From Octopus bimaculoides (Eukaryota), in contig NC_068984.1 of NCBI RefSeq assembly GCF_001194135.2, positions 131,506,777 through 131,570,776 on the forward strand: a stretch of 64,000 bases of DNA, written 5' to 3'. The notes beneath the pieces were generated by a model that worked only from the letters and a program-made list of their open reading frames with translations, ran no database searches and was not told the origin of the DNA. Every line of letters begins with the position of its first letter. Position 1 is the first letter of the stretch. Of this stretch, positions 48,830-62,790 are shown piece by piece. The position numbers were made by a program, and so were the translations under genes.

Positions 48830-50214
48830 GCATATATACGATGGGCTTCTTTCAGTTTCCGTCTACCAAATCCNNNNNNNNNNNNNNNNNNNNNNNNNNN
48901 NNNNNNNNNNNNNNNNNNNNNNNNNNNNNNNNNNNNNNNNNNNNNNNNNNNNNNNNNNNNNNNNNNNNNNNNNNNNNNNNNNNNNNNNNNNNNNNNNNNN
49001 NNNNNNNNNNNNNNNNNNNNNNNNNNNNNNNNNNNNNNNNNNNNNNNNNNNNNNNNNNNNNNNNNNNNNNNNNNNNNNNNNNNNNNNNNNNNNNNNNNNN
49101 NNNNNNNNNNNNNNNNNNNNNNNNNNNNNNNNNNNNNNNNNNNNNNNNNNNNNNNNNNNNNNNNNNNNNNNNNNNNNNNNNNNNNNNNNNNNNNNNNNNN
49201 NNNNNNNNNNNNNNNNNNNNNNNNNNNNNNNNNNNNNNNNNNNNNNNNNNNNNNNNNNNNNNNNNNNNNNNNNNNNNNNNNNNNNNNNNNNNNNNNNNNN
49301 NNNNNNNNNNNNNNNNNNNNNNNNNNNNNNNNNNNNNNNNNNNNNNNNNNNNNNNNNNNNNNNNNNNNNNNNNNNNNNNNNNNNNNNNNNNNNNNNNNNN
49401 NNNNNNNNNNNNNNNNNNNNNNNNNNNNNNNNNNNNNNNNNNNNNNNNNNNNNNNNNNNNNNNNNNNNNNNNNNNNNNNNNNNNNNNNNNNNNNNNNNNN
49501 NNNNNNNNNNNNNNNNNNNNNNNNNNNNNNNNNNNNNNNNNNNNNNNNNNNNNNNNNNNNNNNNNNNNNNNNNNNNNNNNNNNNNNNNNNNNNNNNNNNN
49601 NNNNNNNNNNNNNNNNNNNNNNNNNNNNNNNNNNNNNNNNNNNNNNNNNNNNNNNNNNNNNNNNNNNNNNNNNNNNNNNNNNNNNNNNNNNNNNNNNNNN
49701 NNNNNNNNNNNNNNNNNGTGGTGGTAGTGGTGGTGGTGGTGGTAGTGGTGGTGGTGGTGGTGGTGGTGGTGGTGGTGCACGTTTTGGTGATTGCGGTATA
49801 AATATATAAATGTTGCAGAGATGTAGTTGCAATAATATTGCATGTAGCAATAAGATGTAATAATTAAAAACCAAAATCTTAGGATATAGTGGGTAGTATG
49901 TATTGTCAAAAGTAAGGCAATAAGGTTCCAAAATAAGGAAGAGTATGTATGTTATACGAGAAACATAAATTGGAATGATATGGGCCATTTATCTTTTGTC
50001 TTTTACTTCTGGCAATCAATGGGCTGCAGCCATGCATTGCCTTGAAGGAATTTAGTCTAACATATCAATCCCAGTACTTAATTTTCTAGGTCTGTTACTT
50101 ACTCAATCAGTCTCTTTTTGCTGAACTGTTAAGTTATGGTGCTGTAAACAAATGAACAGTGGGGTGTTGTTGGGGAGTAACACAGATACAAAGACATAAA
50201 CATACCATAGATAC

Positions 50215-50639
50215 ATCATCATCATCAACATCATCAGCGTTTAACGTCCACTTTCCATGCTGGCATGTGTTGGACGGTTTGACTGAGGACTGGCGAGCCA
50301 GATGGCTGCACCGGACTCCAATCTGATCTGGCAGAGTTTCTACAGCAGGATGCCCTTCCTAACGCCAACCACTCCGAGAGTGTAGTGGGTGCTTTTACGT
50401 GCCACTGGCACAAGGGCCAGTCAGGTAGTACTAGCAACGGCCACGCTCACATGGTGTTTTTTATGTGCCACCTGCATAGGAGCCAGTCCAACGGTACTCA
50501 CTCGAATGTTACTTTTCATGTGCCACCGGCACAAGTGCCAGTGAAGTGACACTGGTAACAATCACCTCACTGGCACTTGTGCCGGTGGCACATGAAAAGC
50601 AACATTCGAGTGAATCAAAAGGATCAAAGGTCCTTTCTG
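50215..50639 (-). mobile_element. RTE LINE 3' UTR with a 46-bp-arm hairpin
   Basis: Shared UTR. Inverted repeat at 50499-50544 / 50567-50612 with one mismatch. Confidence 0.85.
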
Positions 50640-51093
50640 NNNNNNNNNNNNNNNNNNNNNNNNNNNNNNNNNNNNNNNNNNNNNNNNNNNNNNNNNNNNN
50701 NNNNNNNNNNNNNNNNNNNNNNNNNNNNNNNNNNNNNNNNNNNNNNNNNNNNNNNNNNNNNNNNNNNNNNNNNNNNNNNNNNNNNNNNNNNNNNNNNNNN
50801 NNNNNNNNNNNNNNNNNNNNNNNNNNNNNNNNNNNNNNNNNNNNNNNNNNNNNNNNNNNNNNNNNNNNNNNNNNNNNNNNNNNNNNNNNNNNNNNNNNNN
50901 NNNNNNNNNNNNNNNNNNNNNNNNGTTATTGCCAGCTGACTTGACTGGAGAAATGCGAAACGAAGTTTTTTTTTTTACTTAAGAACACAATGCGTTACCT
51001 GGTCCAGGAACTGAAATTGCAATCTTACAACCACAGGTACAGTACCCTAAACATGAAGCCATGTGCCTCCACACAAGCAAGCACGCACACACG

Positions 51094-51146
<53 letters not shown>

Positions 51147-54100
51147 ACACATGTGTATACTATTTCTATCTACCAAATTCAGTCACAAAGCATTGGTCAG
51201 CCCAGGGCTATAGTAGAAGGTGCTGCACAATGAGACTGAACTCAAAGCTACATAGCTGCAAAAAAAGGCCACTTATCCACACAAACATGCTGGTACCTGG
51301 ACATCTGTAATATTTCTGAGGGTATAAAAAAATGCATTAATTATTCACTGTAGAGGGTAGTTATTTCGTGACTAGAAACATGTAATGTTACTCATATTGT
51401 TAACAGTAGTTGATGATAACAGTGTGAATAGGAATGGTGAATTTAGTGGTGTTGGAATGCATAGTTGTCGGTAGTGATAACATAGATGATAGCAAGAGGT
51501 TTTGAACTTGTGCTAATGCTAATGATGGCAATAATTGTGATAGAGACTAGAAATAGACTGGTGTTTGCTAGTCTCAGAGGAGCCAAATTCTTATGACTCA
51601 AATGTTACAGTAAGGGTGGGGAATTGAAACAAGTACACTCCTTTATATGAAAACAGTGAAAAAAGGGGGAGAAAATGAGGAAGAAAAAGGAAAGGATGTT
51701 ATGATAGGAAAAAGTTAAAAAATGTTTTGTTAGCTCTCCTTCACTTATCCCTAAAATAATTGAGCTTAAATCAGAGAGAGAGAAGGAGTCATAGAAGAGA
51801 GATGAACCAAATTAATGTTAAAGAAGTAAAAAAGTAATAAAAATAAAAATAATAATAATAATAATAAAAAAGAAATTAAAATTATCGGAAGAGGTATTGA
51901 GAAGAAAATCTAAAAATGTGCACGTCTGAAAGTAATTTATTTGTTGCAACGATAAAAGCAAGCCTTTATTTTCACTTAGTTCTTTGAAATATTATCTCAG
52001 GGAATGGTGAAGGAATTCCCCAGCAGTGTTCACAGTACCCTTAAGTTTAACACCTACAACTAAAAATAAATTGTACTTTATAACCCAGTAGCATCGCCAA
52101 TATGTTCCTCTGTAGGGTGTCCCAAGAGAAGCAATATGCTACAGTCCTCACAAGCTAAGTATGAAACGAAGATTGTTGATGACCTTGACAATTAGATAAT
52201 TAACTGCATAAGGTTCACATCTCTATTACAGTTTGAATAGTTCATCACTTCATTCAATTGAAGTGAATTAAATTTAATGAAATACGAAAACCCTTTGATT
52301 GTTTTCTTTCTTTCTTTTTTTTTTTTTGTTAATTCTTCATTGAAATATTTTTTGCACCTATTTTATTCTTTATCAGTGTAGGTTGTGTTTTACTGCAAAT
52401 ATTTACATTTGCATAAATTGTTAGATTGAAGCATTCAGTTATTAGAAAACTTCCCAACCATGTGGTCTTGAGTTCAGTTCCACTGTGCAACATCTTGGGT
52501 GAATGTCTTCTACTAAAGCTACTGGCTGACCAAAGCTTCATGAGCAAATTTGGTAGATGGAAACTATGTGGAAGCCCATTGTATGTGCATATATATATAT
52601 ATATGAATTACACTGCTTGTATGACAACGACACTCATTTATAACTATTATACCATGTCAAGATAAGGAGACACAAACATACACACACTCACAAACACATA
52701 TATATGACAGGCTTCTTTCAGTTTCCATCTACGAGATCTAATCACAAGACTTTGACTAGCCCAGGGCTATAGTAGAAGACACTTGTCTGAGGTGGTATGC
52801 AGTGGGTCAGAACCCAGAACCATGTGGTTGGGAACCCAGAACCATGTGGTTGGGAAGCAAACTTCTTAACTCATTATGTATATATGATAACATTCTTCTC
52901 AAACAACCATTTTTGGTTTTCAGTTGCATATGTACCAAGAGAGTACCACCTTGAAGGTTTTTTTTTAGTTGAACAAATTGACCCTGGTGCTTATTTTTTT
53001 ATGGCTGATACTTATTCTGTCAGTCTCTTTTACTGAATTGTTATGTTACAGATACGTAAACAAACCAACACCAGTCAAGTGGTGATGGTGAAAAAACACA
53101 GGTACAAAAGCACACACACATACACACACACATGTGAGAAGTTTCTAATAAGTTTTTGCCTATCAAATTCATTCATAAGGTACCAATTGGCTCGGGGCTA
53201 TAGTAGAAGACACCCAAGGCGATGCAGAGCGGGACTGAACCTAAAACCATATGGTTGCTAAGCAAGCTTTTTAACTACATAGCCAACAAGGCAGGCAACT
53301 AACCTTGATAGTCTTCCTTCCATGACCCTTCAGAGCTAAGCTAACATGATTTATCAATATCAACATGATGACAGTAATAACAATAATGCTTTTTTTAATT
53401 TATTTTGTTAAGATAGTGTAGAATAACTCATGAGAAATTTAGCTGCAAAATCTAGCAGGTCAGTGGTCATACAGGGGCTACTTTATTCCTCTAACAATAC
53501 CTGAAATACCAGATTAGTCCCTGATAAGACATGTTAAATCAAAGTGGCAAATCATACATGATGAAGTCATGCATCAAGTAAACAGAAACCACAACTGACA
53601 GTTGAAAACAAATAGGGTACAACAGTACATTAGCATAATAAATATACACATACCACTGCCACCCCCGCCAACCATCACATCAGATCATGGATCCCTAACT
53701 ACAATACCTGAATACACTCCTAAACAAGCTCATTGGAAGAAAGTTCAATGCATACAATATATATTAATGTAAAAAACAATACAAATAAAAATAGCTTCAC
53801 AACTGATTTGCTTTTACACCCTAAATAACTGTTACCAATATATTTTTTACATACCTCTTTGAGCAACATAGACACAGGTATGGTTGTGTGGTAAGAAGTT
53901 TGCTTCCCAACCATAGGGCTTGGGGTTCAGTCCCACTGCATGGCATCTTCAGCTAGTGTCTTCCACTATAGCCTCAGGGTGACCAAAGCCTTGTGAGTGG
54001 ATTTGGTAGACAGAAACTGAAAGAAACCGGTTGTGTGTGTTTAGACAGTCACAGGACTCAAACCCTCTCCTCTTAGATATCGACTGAGTACTCCATCAAT

Positions 54101-54179
54101 TCAGCTAAACTGCTATCTGGGAGGTGTGGGTTTGGGTCATTTTGTCTGATGACTTTTTTTCTGTCATGTGTTACATATG

Positions 54180-54782
54180 AATGAAGACAGCTGTGTGAGG
54201 AAGTGCCACTCTCTAACTGAAAAAGGAACCTGTGGAAGAGGTAGACCCAGAAAGACATGGGATGAGGTGGTGAAGCATGACCTTTGAACATTGGGCCTCA
54301 CAGGGGCAATGACAGGAGACCGGAACCTTTGGAGATGTGCTATGATCAAGAAGACCTGGCAACTAAAGTAAGATCGCAGCCATGCATGTCTGGCCCTGTT
54401 AAGAATACCTCTGATGCGCCAGGCAATATGATATGCTTGAGAAGACCTGTTGAGTCAAGTAAAGCCAATATTGAAGCTGTGGTCAGTTCCCCCACACTGG
54501 CTCCCATGCTGGTGGCACATAAAAAGCACCATCTGAACGTGGTCGATGTCAGTAACCCCTGACTGACGCCTGTGCTGTTGGCATGTAAAAAGCACGATCT
54601 GAATGTAAGCAATGCCAGGCCTGCTTGACTGGCTCCTGTGTCGGTGGCACGTAAAAAGCACCCACTACACTCAGGAAGGGCATCCAGCAGTAGAAACATT
54701 GCCAGATCAGATTGGACCCTGGTGAAGCTGCTGGCTCTCCAGACATCAGTCAAACTGTCCAACCCATGCATTAAACGACGAC

Positions 54783-54842
<60 letters not shown>
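54180..54842 (+). mobile_element. 5'-truncated RTE LINE (ORF end, long 3' UTR, (GAT)n tail)
   Basis: Translation KCHSLTEKGTCGRGRPRKTWDEVVKHDL*TLGLTGAMTGDRNLWRCAMIKK is continuous with the UTR family and tail. Confidence 0.85.
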
Positions 54843-55144
54843 AAATCCTACCAATAAAATTCTCAATGATTATTTCATTTTGATGTTCACCTTGTGAACA
54901 TCAAAGTAAAGAGTTTATTTAAAATTGGACAAAAAGTCATTGGACAAAAAAATCATCAGACAAAAAGACGTCGGACCAAAAGATGCAGACCAAGTGACAT
55001 TAGATGAAAAGTTGTATCACGGTAGGTTTGAGTCCCATGGCTGTCTGCTGACAAGTTTTTCTATCATGTAAGAGTAAAACACCCAATCTTTGTGCTGTTT
55101 TCATGGCTATACTGCATTTGAAATATTACTTTCTTGTCTATATG

Positions 55145-55411
55145 CAGGGGTTGGACAAAATAATGGAAACACCTAGCATCATTGCATCATAATTTTAAAA
55201 TATCTATAAAACCGTCAACAGTTTGTTTGTTTTTATGTTTTTTGATTTATTATTAGTGTTGCTTAATATGTTTTGCTAAAATTGCTGTTTCTTTTCAGAT
55301 ATCATCAGAAAAAGGTAATTAAAATTCATTAACATGACAGATCTATCAGACTTACAAAGAGGTTAAATTGTTGGTGCTCGTATAGCAGGCGTTAGCGTAA
55401 TGAAAACAGCC
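55145..55411 (+). mobile_element. Tc1-like transposon left end
   Basis: TIR-like CAGGGGTTGGACAAAATAATGGAAACACC. ATG at 55334 gives MTDLSDLQRG*IVGARIAGVSVMKTA, a typical Tc1 N-terminus. Confidence 0.8.
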
Positions 55412-56116
55412 AGGGTTTAGTCAAATGAACTGACCCTGTTCTTACTTTTTTAAATCTGGCAATTATTCCATCAGACTCTTTTCCTGAATTGCTAGGTTAT
55501 GGGGATGTAAACAAAACAACACCGGTTTACATGGGGAGGCAGGGGACAAACACAAACACAAAGACACACACACATGCATGTGTGTGCATGTATGCAACAG
55601 GCCTCCACTTTGTTTTCATCTATTACATTTACTCTCAAGGCTTTGATTGGCCCAAGGCTATAGTAGAAGACACTTGTCCAAGGTAGTGTGCCATAGGACT
55701 GAACCCAAAACCACATGGTTGCAAAGCAAGCTTCTTAACCTCACGGTCATTCCTATACCTGTATTATAGACTTATACAAAAGACATATCCCATAAAACAA
55801 CAAAAATACAATCCAAATTACACACCAGAAATAACCAGCCATGTAAAAAGCCTGAGACAACTTTAAGCACAATACACCAAAACTACACATAAACCAGAAT
55901 AAAATTCCTTATCAAACAATTAAGGAAATAAAAAAAAAATAAACCATAGAAATACAGGAAGTTGGCAGGCATTTGTATCCAACATAAACAACAAAGCAGT
56001 AAAATATCATATAGAATAATTAGCAGCATCTCTTATCAGACAATTCTTGTGAATCAGCCATCAAAATGAATGAAGACAGAAGCTCAAAATGAAGAATATA
56101 CAACTTCCAGTTAGTC

Positions 56117-56415
56117 CAGTGTTTCCCCAGGCCCCACTATAACTTTCCAGAAAAATGTTTGCCCCACTGGTGGTAGGAAAAAAACTAACTTCATTTTTAA
56201 TATTTTATCACAATTATTGAATACAAAAGAATTTACTGGTAACTTTTTTTATTAAGTTCTGAGTACGTAAAAAATGTACATTATTGATTAAGAAAAGAAA
56301 AAAAATTTCATTATTCCATGTCCCACTGAAATCAAAAAATAAAAATATTTTGGATCTGTATCCCACCAGTTTTCCCAGCACCCACCAGTGGGGTGTATGC
56401 TCCACATTGGGACTG
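56117..56415. mobile_element. hAT-type MITE
   Basis: Starts CAGTGTTTCCC and ends GGGACTG. 8-bp flanks AGTTAGTC / AGTTAGAC match at 7 of 8 positions. Confidence 0.7.
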
Positions 56416-56686
56416 AGTTAGACTACCATTCTAACCCTTTTCTTATATCAATAATAATATAATCCAACTAATAAGGATCTCACAAAAGTCAAAAGACTTA
56501 AGATCTGACAAAATCACAAACAAGCTTTGCTGTGTGGTTAAGAAATTCACCTCACTTTGCAACTACATGGTTTTGAGTTCAGTCCTGCTGTGCAGCATCT
56601 TGGGCAAGTGTTTTCTTCTATAGCTCTGGGTCAACCAAATGCTTTATGAGTGAAGTGGATAGGCAGAAACTGCATGAAAGCCCACC

Positions 56687-56717
<31 letters not shown>

Positions 56718-57411
56718 TGTATGTATGTATGTATGTATGTGTGTGTGTGTGTGTACATATATATNNNNNNNNNNNNNNNNNNNNNNNNNNNNNNNNNNNN
56801 NNNNNNNNNNNNNNNNNNNNNNNNNNNNNNNNNNNNNNNNNNNNNNNNNNNNNNNNNNNNNNNNNNNNNNNNNNNNNNATGTATATATATATATGCATAT
56901 ATATATATGTATATATATATATGCATATATATATATGTATATATATATATATATGCAACATCCCGTACTGTCTAGCCAGGAAAATTTGTACTATAGTACA
57001 CAACTTACAAAATTCAATGGATTTCTGCTCAAGCAAAATTATCCTCTTCTACTTATAGAAAATAGCATACAATGAGCAAAAGAGATACCTATAGAACCCA
57101 TCAATGGAACACAATACCATTTCTAGTAATGCACAATCCGCATCAACAAAATATTTTAAAAATCATCAAAACAAATTTGCCAATTTTTGCTTGATATATA
57201 TGTATTGGTAGGTCTTGCATGAAATACCTAGGTTTCTTTCTTTAACATTTCACATTGTTCAACTTGCATAAGTGAATGTGTGAAAAACAAAATAGGAATT
57301 TCGAAAGTTTGTATAAAACAAGTTTTTAAGCATCAGATGACTATTGGGGTCCACCAGAATAAAATAGTAATCAAAAGGGTTCATAGGAAAAAACATGATT
57401 GAGAAACCCTG

Positions 57412-57810
57412 GACTCTTTTATTTGTTTCAGTCATTTGACTGTGGCCATGCTGGAGCACTGCCTTTAGTCGAGCAAATCGACCCCAGGACTTATTCTTTG
57501 TAAGCCTAGTACTTATTCTATTGGTCTCTTTTTGCCGAACTGCTAAGTTACGGGGACGTAAACATACCAGCATCGGTTGTCAAGCAATGCTAGGGGGACA
57601 GACACAGACACACAAACACACCTACATATATATATATATACATATATACGACGGGCTTCTTTCAGTTTCCGTCTACCAAATCCACTCACAAGGCTTTGGT
57701 TGGCCCCGAGGCTATAGTAGAAGACACTTGCCCAAGGTGCCACACAGTGGAACTGAACCCAGAACCATGTGGTTGGTAAGCAAGCTACTTACCACACAGC
57801 CACTCCTGCG
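57412..57810 (-). mobile_element. Full-length young CORE-type SINE
   Basis: Intact head (GGCGCAGGAGTGGCTGTGTGGTAAG on minus), CORE-like segment, internal (TA)n and tail variant 1. Confidence 0.88.
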
Positions 57811-59493
57811 CCTGCATGGTATCCTGGACTAAACAACTTCAAGGTGATGCTCCAGCATGGCTGCAATCCAATGACTGAAGCAAACAAAAGATATAAAGAA
57901 TGTAAATGCAGAAAGCATTGCAATTAAGGATTAAGTAAATTAAGAGAAGCCTAAACTGAAATTACAATAAACGGATCCCTTTTATTCTTGAACAATGTTC
58001 TTGCTGTCAACTCATATATTTGCAAACCAATAATGTTGTCAAATTATTTGCACTGAAAGATTTATATACTTTAATTAAATCCTCAGTAATATTACTAATA
58101 TCTGGAATTAGTAGAAAGAAAACATTCGACTACTTATCATAAAATACATGGAGATAATCTGGAGAGAAACACTTTTAGATCACTAGTCTATTGTGTTAAT
58201 GCTTCAACGTACGCACATGTCTGTCATGTCATTGCTGTCTGTGGCTTTTAATTAAATTTCTGTCCATTATGTTGGTTTTTTGTTACATATTCAGAGTGAA
58301 ACTCGCACTGTATCTATCCTGATGTATTCATTACTTTAATACACTTTCAGATTAAATACTGTGAAACTGTTTAATGAAAATGTATCACACACACACACAC
58401 ACACACACATACTAATGGCAATTCAGGAGAAACAGTGTTTGTTGGTGGGTGTCAAAGAGGGTCAGGCAAAGATAGATGTATTGTGACAGAAGTATACGGA
58501 TGGAAAGGTGTAACTGAACAGTGTTGCCAGGGAAGTGGTGCAGCAGATGTTAGGTAATAAAGTTGGTGTGGCAGGGGCAGTGAGCAGAGGTAAAGAGGAG
58601 GTTATGATATGAGAAATAAATAGGTGCAAGCATGGCTGTATGGTTAACAAGCCCACTTTGCAATCACATGGTTTTAGGTTCAGTCCTACTGCATGGCACC
58701 TTGGGCCGGTGTTTTCTACTATAGCATTGGGCTGATCAATGCCTTGTGAGTTAATTAGGTCAGGCAGAAACTGCATGGAAGCTTGTCACACATACACACA
58801 CACATATAGACTTAGGAGAGAGAGGGAAGTCACTGAAAAGGTCATGAACAGTGATAAAAAGAATTTTGGCTCGCAAACAACTATTTGATTGCCTAACCAG
58901 CACATTAAATCAATGATCAATATAGACCAAGAGAGTGTTTCATTATTATTGATGTAATGACCCTCCCAAAACACAATATATATATANNNNNNNNNNNNNN
59001 NNNNNNNNNNNNNNNNNNNNNNNNNNNNNNNNNNNNNNNNNNNNNNNNNNNNNNNNNNNNNNNNNNNNNNNNNNNNNNNNNNNNNNNNNNNNNNNNNNNN
59101 NNNNNNNNNNNNNNNNNNNNNNNNNNNNNNNNNNNNNNNNNNNNNNNNNNNNNNNNNNNNNNNNNNNNNNNNNNNNNNNNNNNNNNNNNNNNNNNNNNNN
59201 NNNNNNNNNNNNNNNNNNNNNNNNNNNNNNNNNNNNNNNNNNNNNNNNNNNNNNNNNNNNNNNNNNNNNNNNNNNNNNNNNNNNNNNNNNNNNNNNNNNN
59301 NNNNNNNNNNNNNNNNNNNNNNNNNNNNNNNNNNNNNNNNNNNNNNNNNNNNNNNNNNNNNNNNNNNNNNNNNNNNNNNNNNNNNNNNNNNNNNNNNNNN
59401 NNNNNNNNNNNNNNNNNNNNNNNNNNNNNNNNNNNNNNNNNNATATATATATATTGTGTTTTGACAGATAGATAGATAGATAGATAGATAGAC

Positions 59494-59546
<53 letters not shown>

Positions 59547-60149
59547 TACATATATATGTCTATGTGTATGCAAGTGTGTGTAGTGTCTGTGTTTGTCCCT
59601 GCCTCCACCACTTGACCACTAACACTGGTCTGTTACTGTCCCCATTACCAGTTTGGCAAAAAGAGATCAACAGAATAAATAGCTAACCTTAAAAATAAAA
59701 GTATCAGGATTGATTTGTTTGACTAAAATGTCTGCCCTTCAAGGTGGTGCTCCAGCACAGCTGTAGTCCAATGACTGAAACTGGTGAGAGATAAAAGATA
59801 AGATAGGCAATGTAGTAAAGGTGGTGGTGGTAGGGGTAGGTAAAATAGGGAATAGTGTGGTAGCAAGGGTTAAAGCAGAGCTAGAGGATAGTGAAGAAGG
59901 AATGTATGAGGTGACAGATTTAGAGTAACAAATGTTGTATGGTGAGAATGGTGAATTTAGAATGAGGTAGCAGGGATGTAGTGGTAAGTTGATGGAGGAG
60001 GTACATCATCATTGACTTAATGTCCCCTTTACCATACTTCCATGGCATGGAAAAGATTTTCTATAGCCAGATTCCTTTGCTGTCACCAACCCTCACTAGC
60101 TTCCATCAGGTCGTCTGGTTCCTCCGGTCTCATAGAAACAGGTTACTAG

Positions 60150-60537
60150 GCTCTTCCATCTTTTTTTCTGTCTTTGACAAGGTTTGGAGTTTGAAACTAG
60201 TTTGTACCACAGCTGTGCAGGTCATCTTTTAATGTGGTTCTCCAGGTTTTCTTTGGTTTGTCCTTTGGTCTCCTCCTGCCAGCTTGTAATCATGCCATTG
60301 CAGTTCTTGCTGGGATATTGTTCCCCATTTGTAGTGCATGCCCTGCCAGCTGCATTCTTCTGCTCTTGATGACAAAAAAAAAGGGTTTATGGTACTGGCT
60401 CTTCAAAACCCCTCCTCATTTCGGATCTTGTCTGGCTCTCTAATGCCTAAGATTTTTCACTGGCATCTTTGTTGGAAAGTATCAATCTGTTTCTTTCAAT
60501 CTTCCATTGTGAGCAGCAGAAGTACTAGGAAATGTAT
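60150..60537 (-). mobile_element. RTE-type LINE 3' ORF fragment (different subfamily)
   Basis: Translation VIKSRRMQLAGHALQMGNNIPARTAMA..RRRPKDKPKKTWRTTLKDDL. Confidence 0.75.
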
Positions 60538-62029
60538 ANNNNNNNNNNNNNNNNNNNNNNNNNNNNNNNNNNNNNNNNNNNNNNNNNNNNNNNNNNNNNN
60601 NNNNNNNNNNNNNNNNNNNNNNNNNNNNNNNNNNNNNNNNNNNNNNNNNNNNNNNNNNNNNNNNNNNNNNNNNNNNNNNNNNNNNNNNNNNNNNNNNNNN
60701 NNNNNNNNNNNNNNNNNNNNNNNNNNNNNNNNNNNNNNNNNNNNNNNNNNNNNNNNNNNNNNNNNNNNNNNNNNNNNNNNNNNNNNNNNNNNNNNNNNNN
60801 NNNNNNNNNNNNNNNNNNNNNNNNNNNNNNNNNNNNNNNNNNNNNNNNNNNNNNNNNNNNNNNNNNNNNNNNNNNNNNNNNNNNNNNNNNNNNNNNNNNN
60901 NNNNNNNNNNNNNNNNNNNNNNNNNNNNNNNNNNNNNNNNNNNNNNNNNNNNNNNNNNNNNNNNNNNNNNNNNNNNNNNNNNNNNNNNNNNNNNNNNNNN
61001 NNNNNNNNNNNNNNNNNNNNNNNNNNNNNNNNNNNNNNNNNNNNNNNNNNNNNNNNNNNNNNNNNNNNNNNNNNNNNNNNNNNNNNNNNNNNNNNNNNNN
61101 NNNNNNNNNNNNNNNNNNNNNNNNNNNNNNNNNNNNNNNNNNNNNNNNNNNNNNNNNNNNNNNNNNNNNNNNNNNNNNNNNNNNNNNNNNNNNNNNNNNN
61201 NNNNNNNNNNNNNNNNNNNNNNNNNNNNNNNNNNNNNNNNNNNNNNNNNNNNNNNNNNNNNNNNNNNNNNNNNNNNNNNNNNNNNNNNNNNNNNNNNNNN
61301 NNNNNNNNNNNNNNNNNNNNNNNNNNNNNNNNNNNNNNNNNNNNNNNNNNNNNNNNNNNNNNNNNNNNNNNNNNNNNNNNNNNNNNNNNNNNNNNNNNNN
61401 NNNNNNNNNNNNNNNNNNNNNNNNNNNNNNNNNNNNNNNNNNNNNNNNNNNNGGAGGAGGAGGAGGAGGAGGAGTGAGTGTTTCTATGAGACAACCTGTT
61501 GCAAGCCACAGACCATGGATCAACATCCTAACTAGATGGAAGATAACATAGTAATGGAATAGTATAACTGATAGAACTATAAAAGCAAAAAAGAGAACGA
61601 AAGAAAATTGGGAACAAGGAACAATATCAATTAGCATGAATAGAAGCTCAACATCATTAGATAAACTTGACCGGGATATTTGTTTCTCTGTTTCTTTTCT
61701 TGCTAAGTATTTCTAATCCTCTTACTGCCTGTTACCTCATAGAAATACCCAGCTTTCTTCCATGTTAGAGATCTGTATCTCTTCTTGTTCAACATGTACA
61801 TTGCCTAAGACTTATTTGAACCTACATATAACTGAAGGACCTTCCAGCTTTGATACCTTTCTTCGGAAGTTCCTTGTCTTGTGTCTCTGAATCTGTCCAG
61901 CTTCTACTCTGATGTCACTAATCATTAATCTATACTGAGTTGTAAATTTTTTCACTAATTACTCACAACCATTTATCTATCCTGTAACAAAGGCTGCCAA
62001 TAGAAGCATTCTATCCTAGCTTCTAAAGA

Positions 62030-62380
62030 TGTCTTGATAAGCAGTAGAGAGAAGGGTGTTTCAAAAGCATAGTAGCTAGAGTAAGCACAGAGTAAAAACA
62101 AACCAGGTTCAAGGAGGTATTACCTCAGCTGGCAACATATGGATTAGTCCTCTAAGAAAGGGCAGATTGTATGATGCTTGTGTATGAGGTGCAATGCTAC
62201 ATGGTAGCAAAATATGGGTATAGAATGTGCAAGATATCTAAGGCTGGAAACAAATGAGGAAAGAATGCTCCACTGCATGTGAAATATTAGGGCCACGTGA
62301 ATTATGGAACACAAGTGAGATAAAAAAATAGAATTAGATGTAGTGCACAACAGGGAAGATTGCAATGACACAGACATGTA
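62030..62380 (+). mobile_element. Decayed RTE LINE post-RT fragment
   Basis: Translation KGRLYDACV*GAMLHGSKIW..RLETNEERML, interrupted by a hAT insertion. Confidence 0.7.
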
Positions 62381-62780
62381 CTGAGGACTGGATTAGGACC
62401 CATAGCGACCCTAAGTAATTAAAAGATTTTGGTGCTCCAATACATATGTAATTAAAAATATAAACAATAATAAACCATAAAATAAATTTTATTTTTTAAA
62501 ATGAAACAAAGCAAACTGTAAGATGAAAAATAATGTTTATTTTAGAGTTTATTGTTGTCTATATTTGAAAAGTTTTCTCTTTTTTAATTGCAAATCTTTG
62601 ATCAGATCCTCAAAATTAATCTTACATAACACATCTGCTTCTTTACTTAGTAAAGATAAGGCACCCCAAATATTAAATTTAACCAGTTTAAAGTGATTTC
62701 TGTTGTGCCACAAACCATTTACCATTTCTGTGGTGCCCCACTTTCCTTGATGCGCTAAACACATGCTTATTTTGCTTAAT
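62381..62780 (-). mobile_element. Second copy of the non-autonomous hAT element seen at 736-1230
   Basis: Same layout. Translation LSLLSKEADVLCKINFEDLIKDLQLKKRKLFKY. Right end cut by a MITE. Confidence 0.8.
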
Positions 62781-62790
62781 GTGTCTAGAC

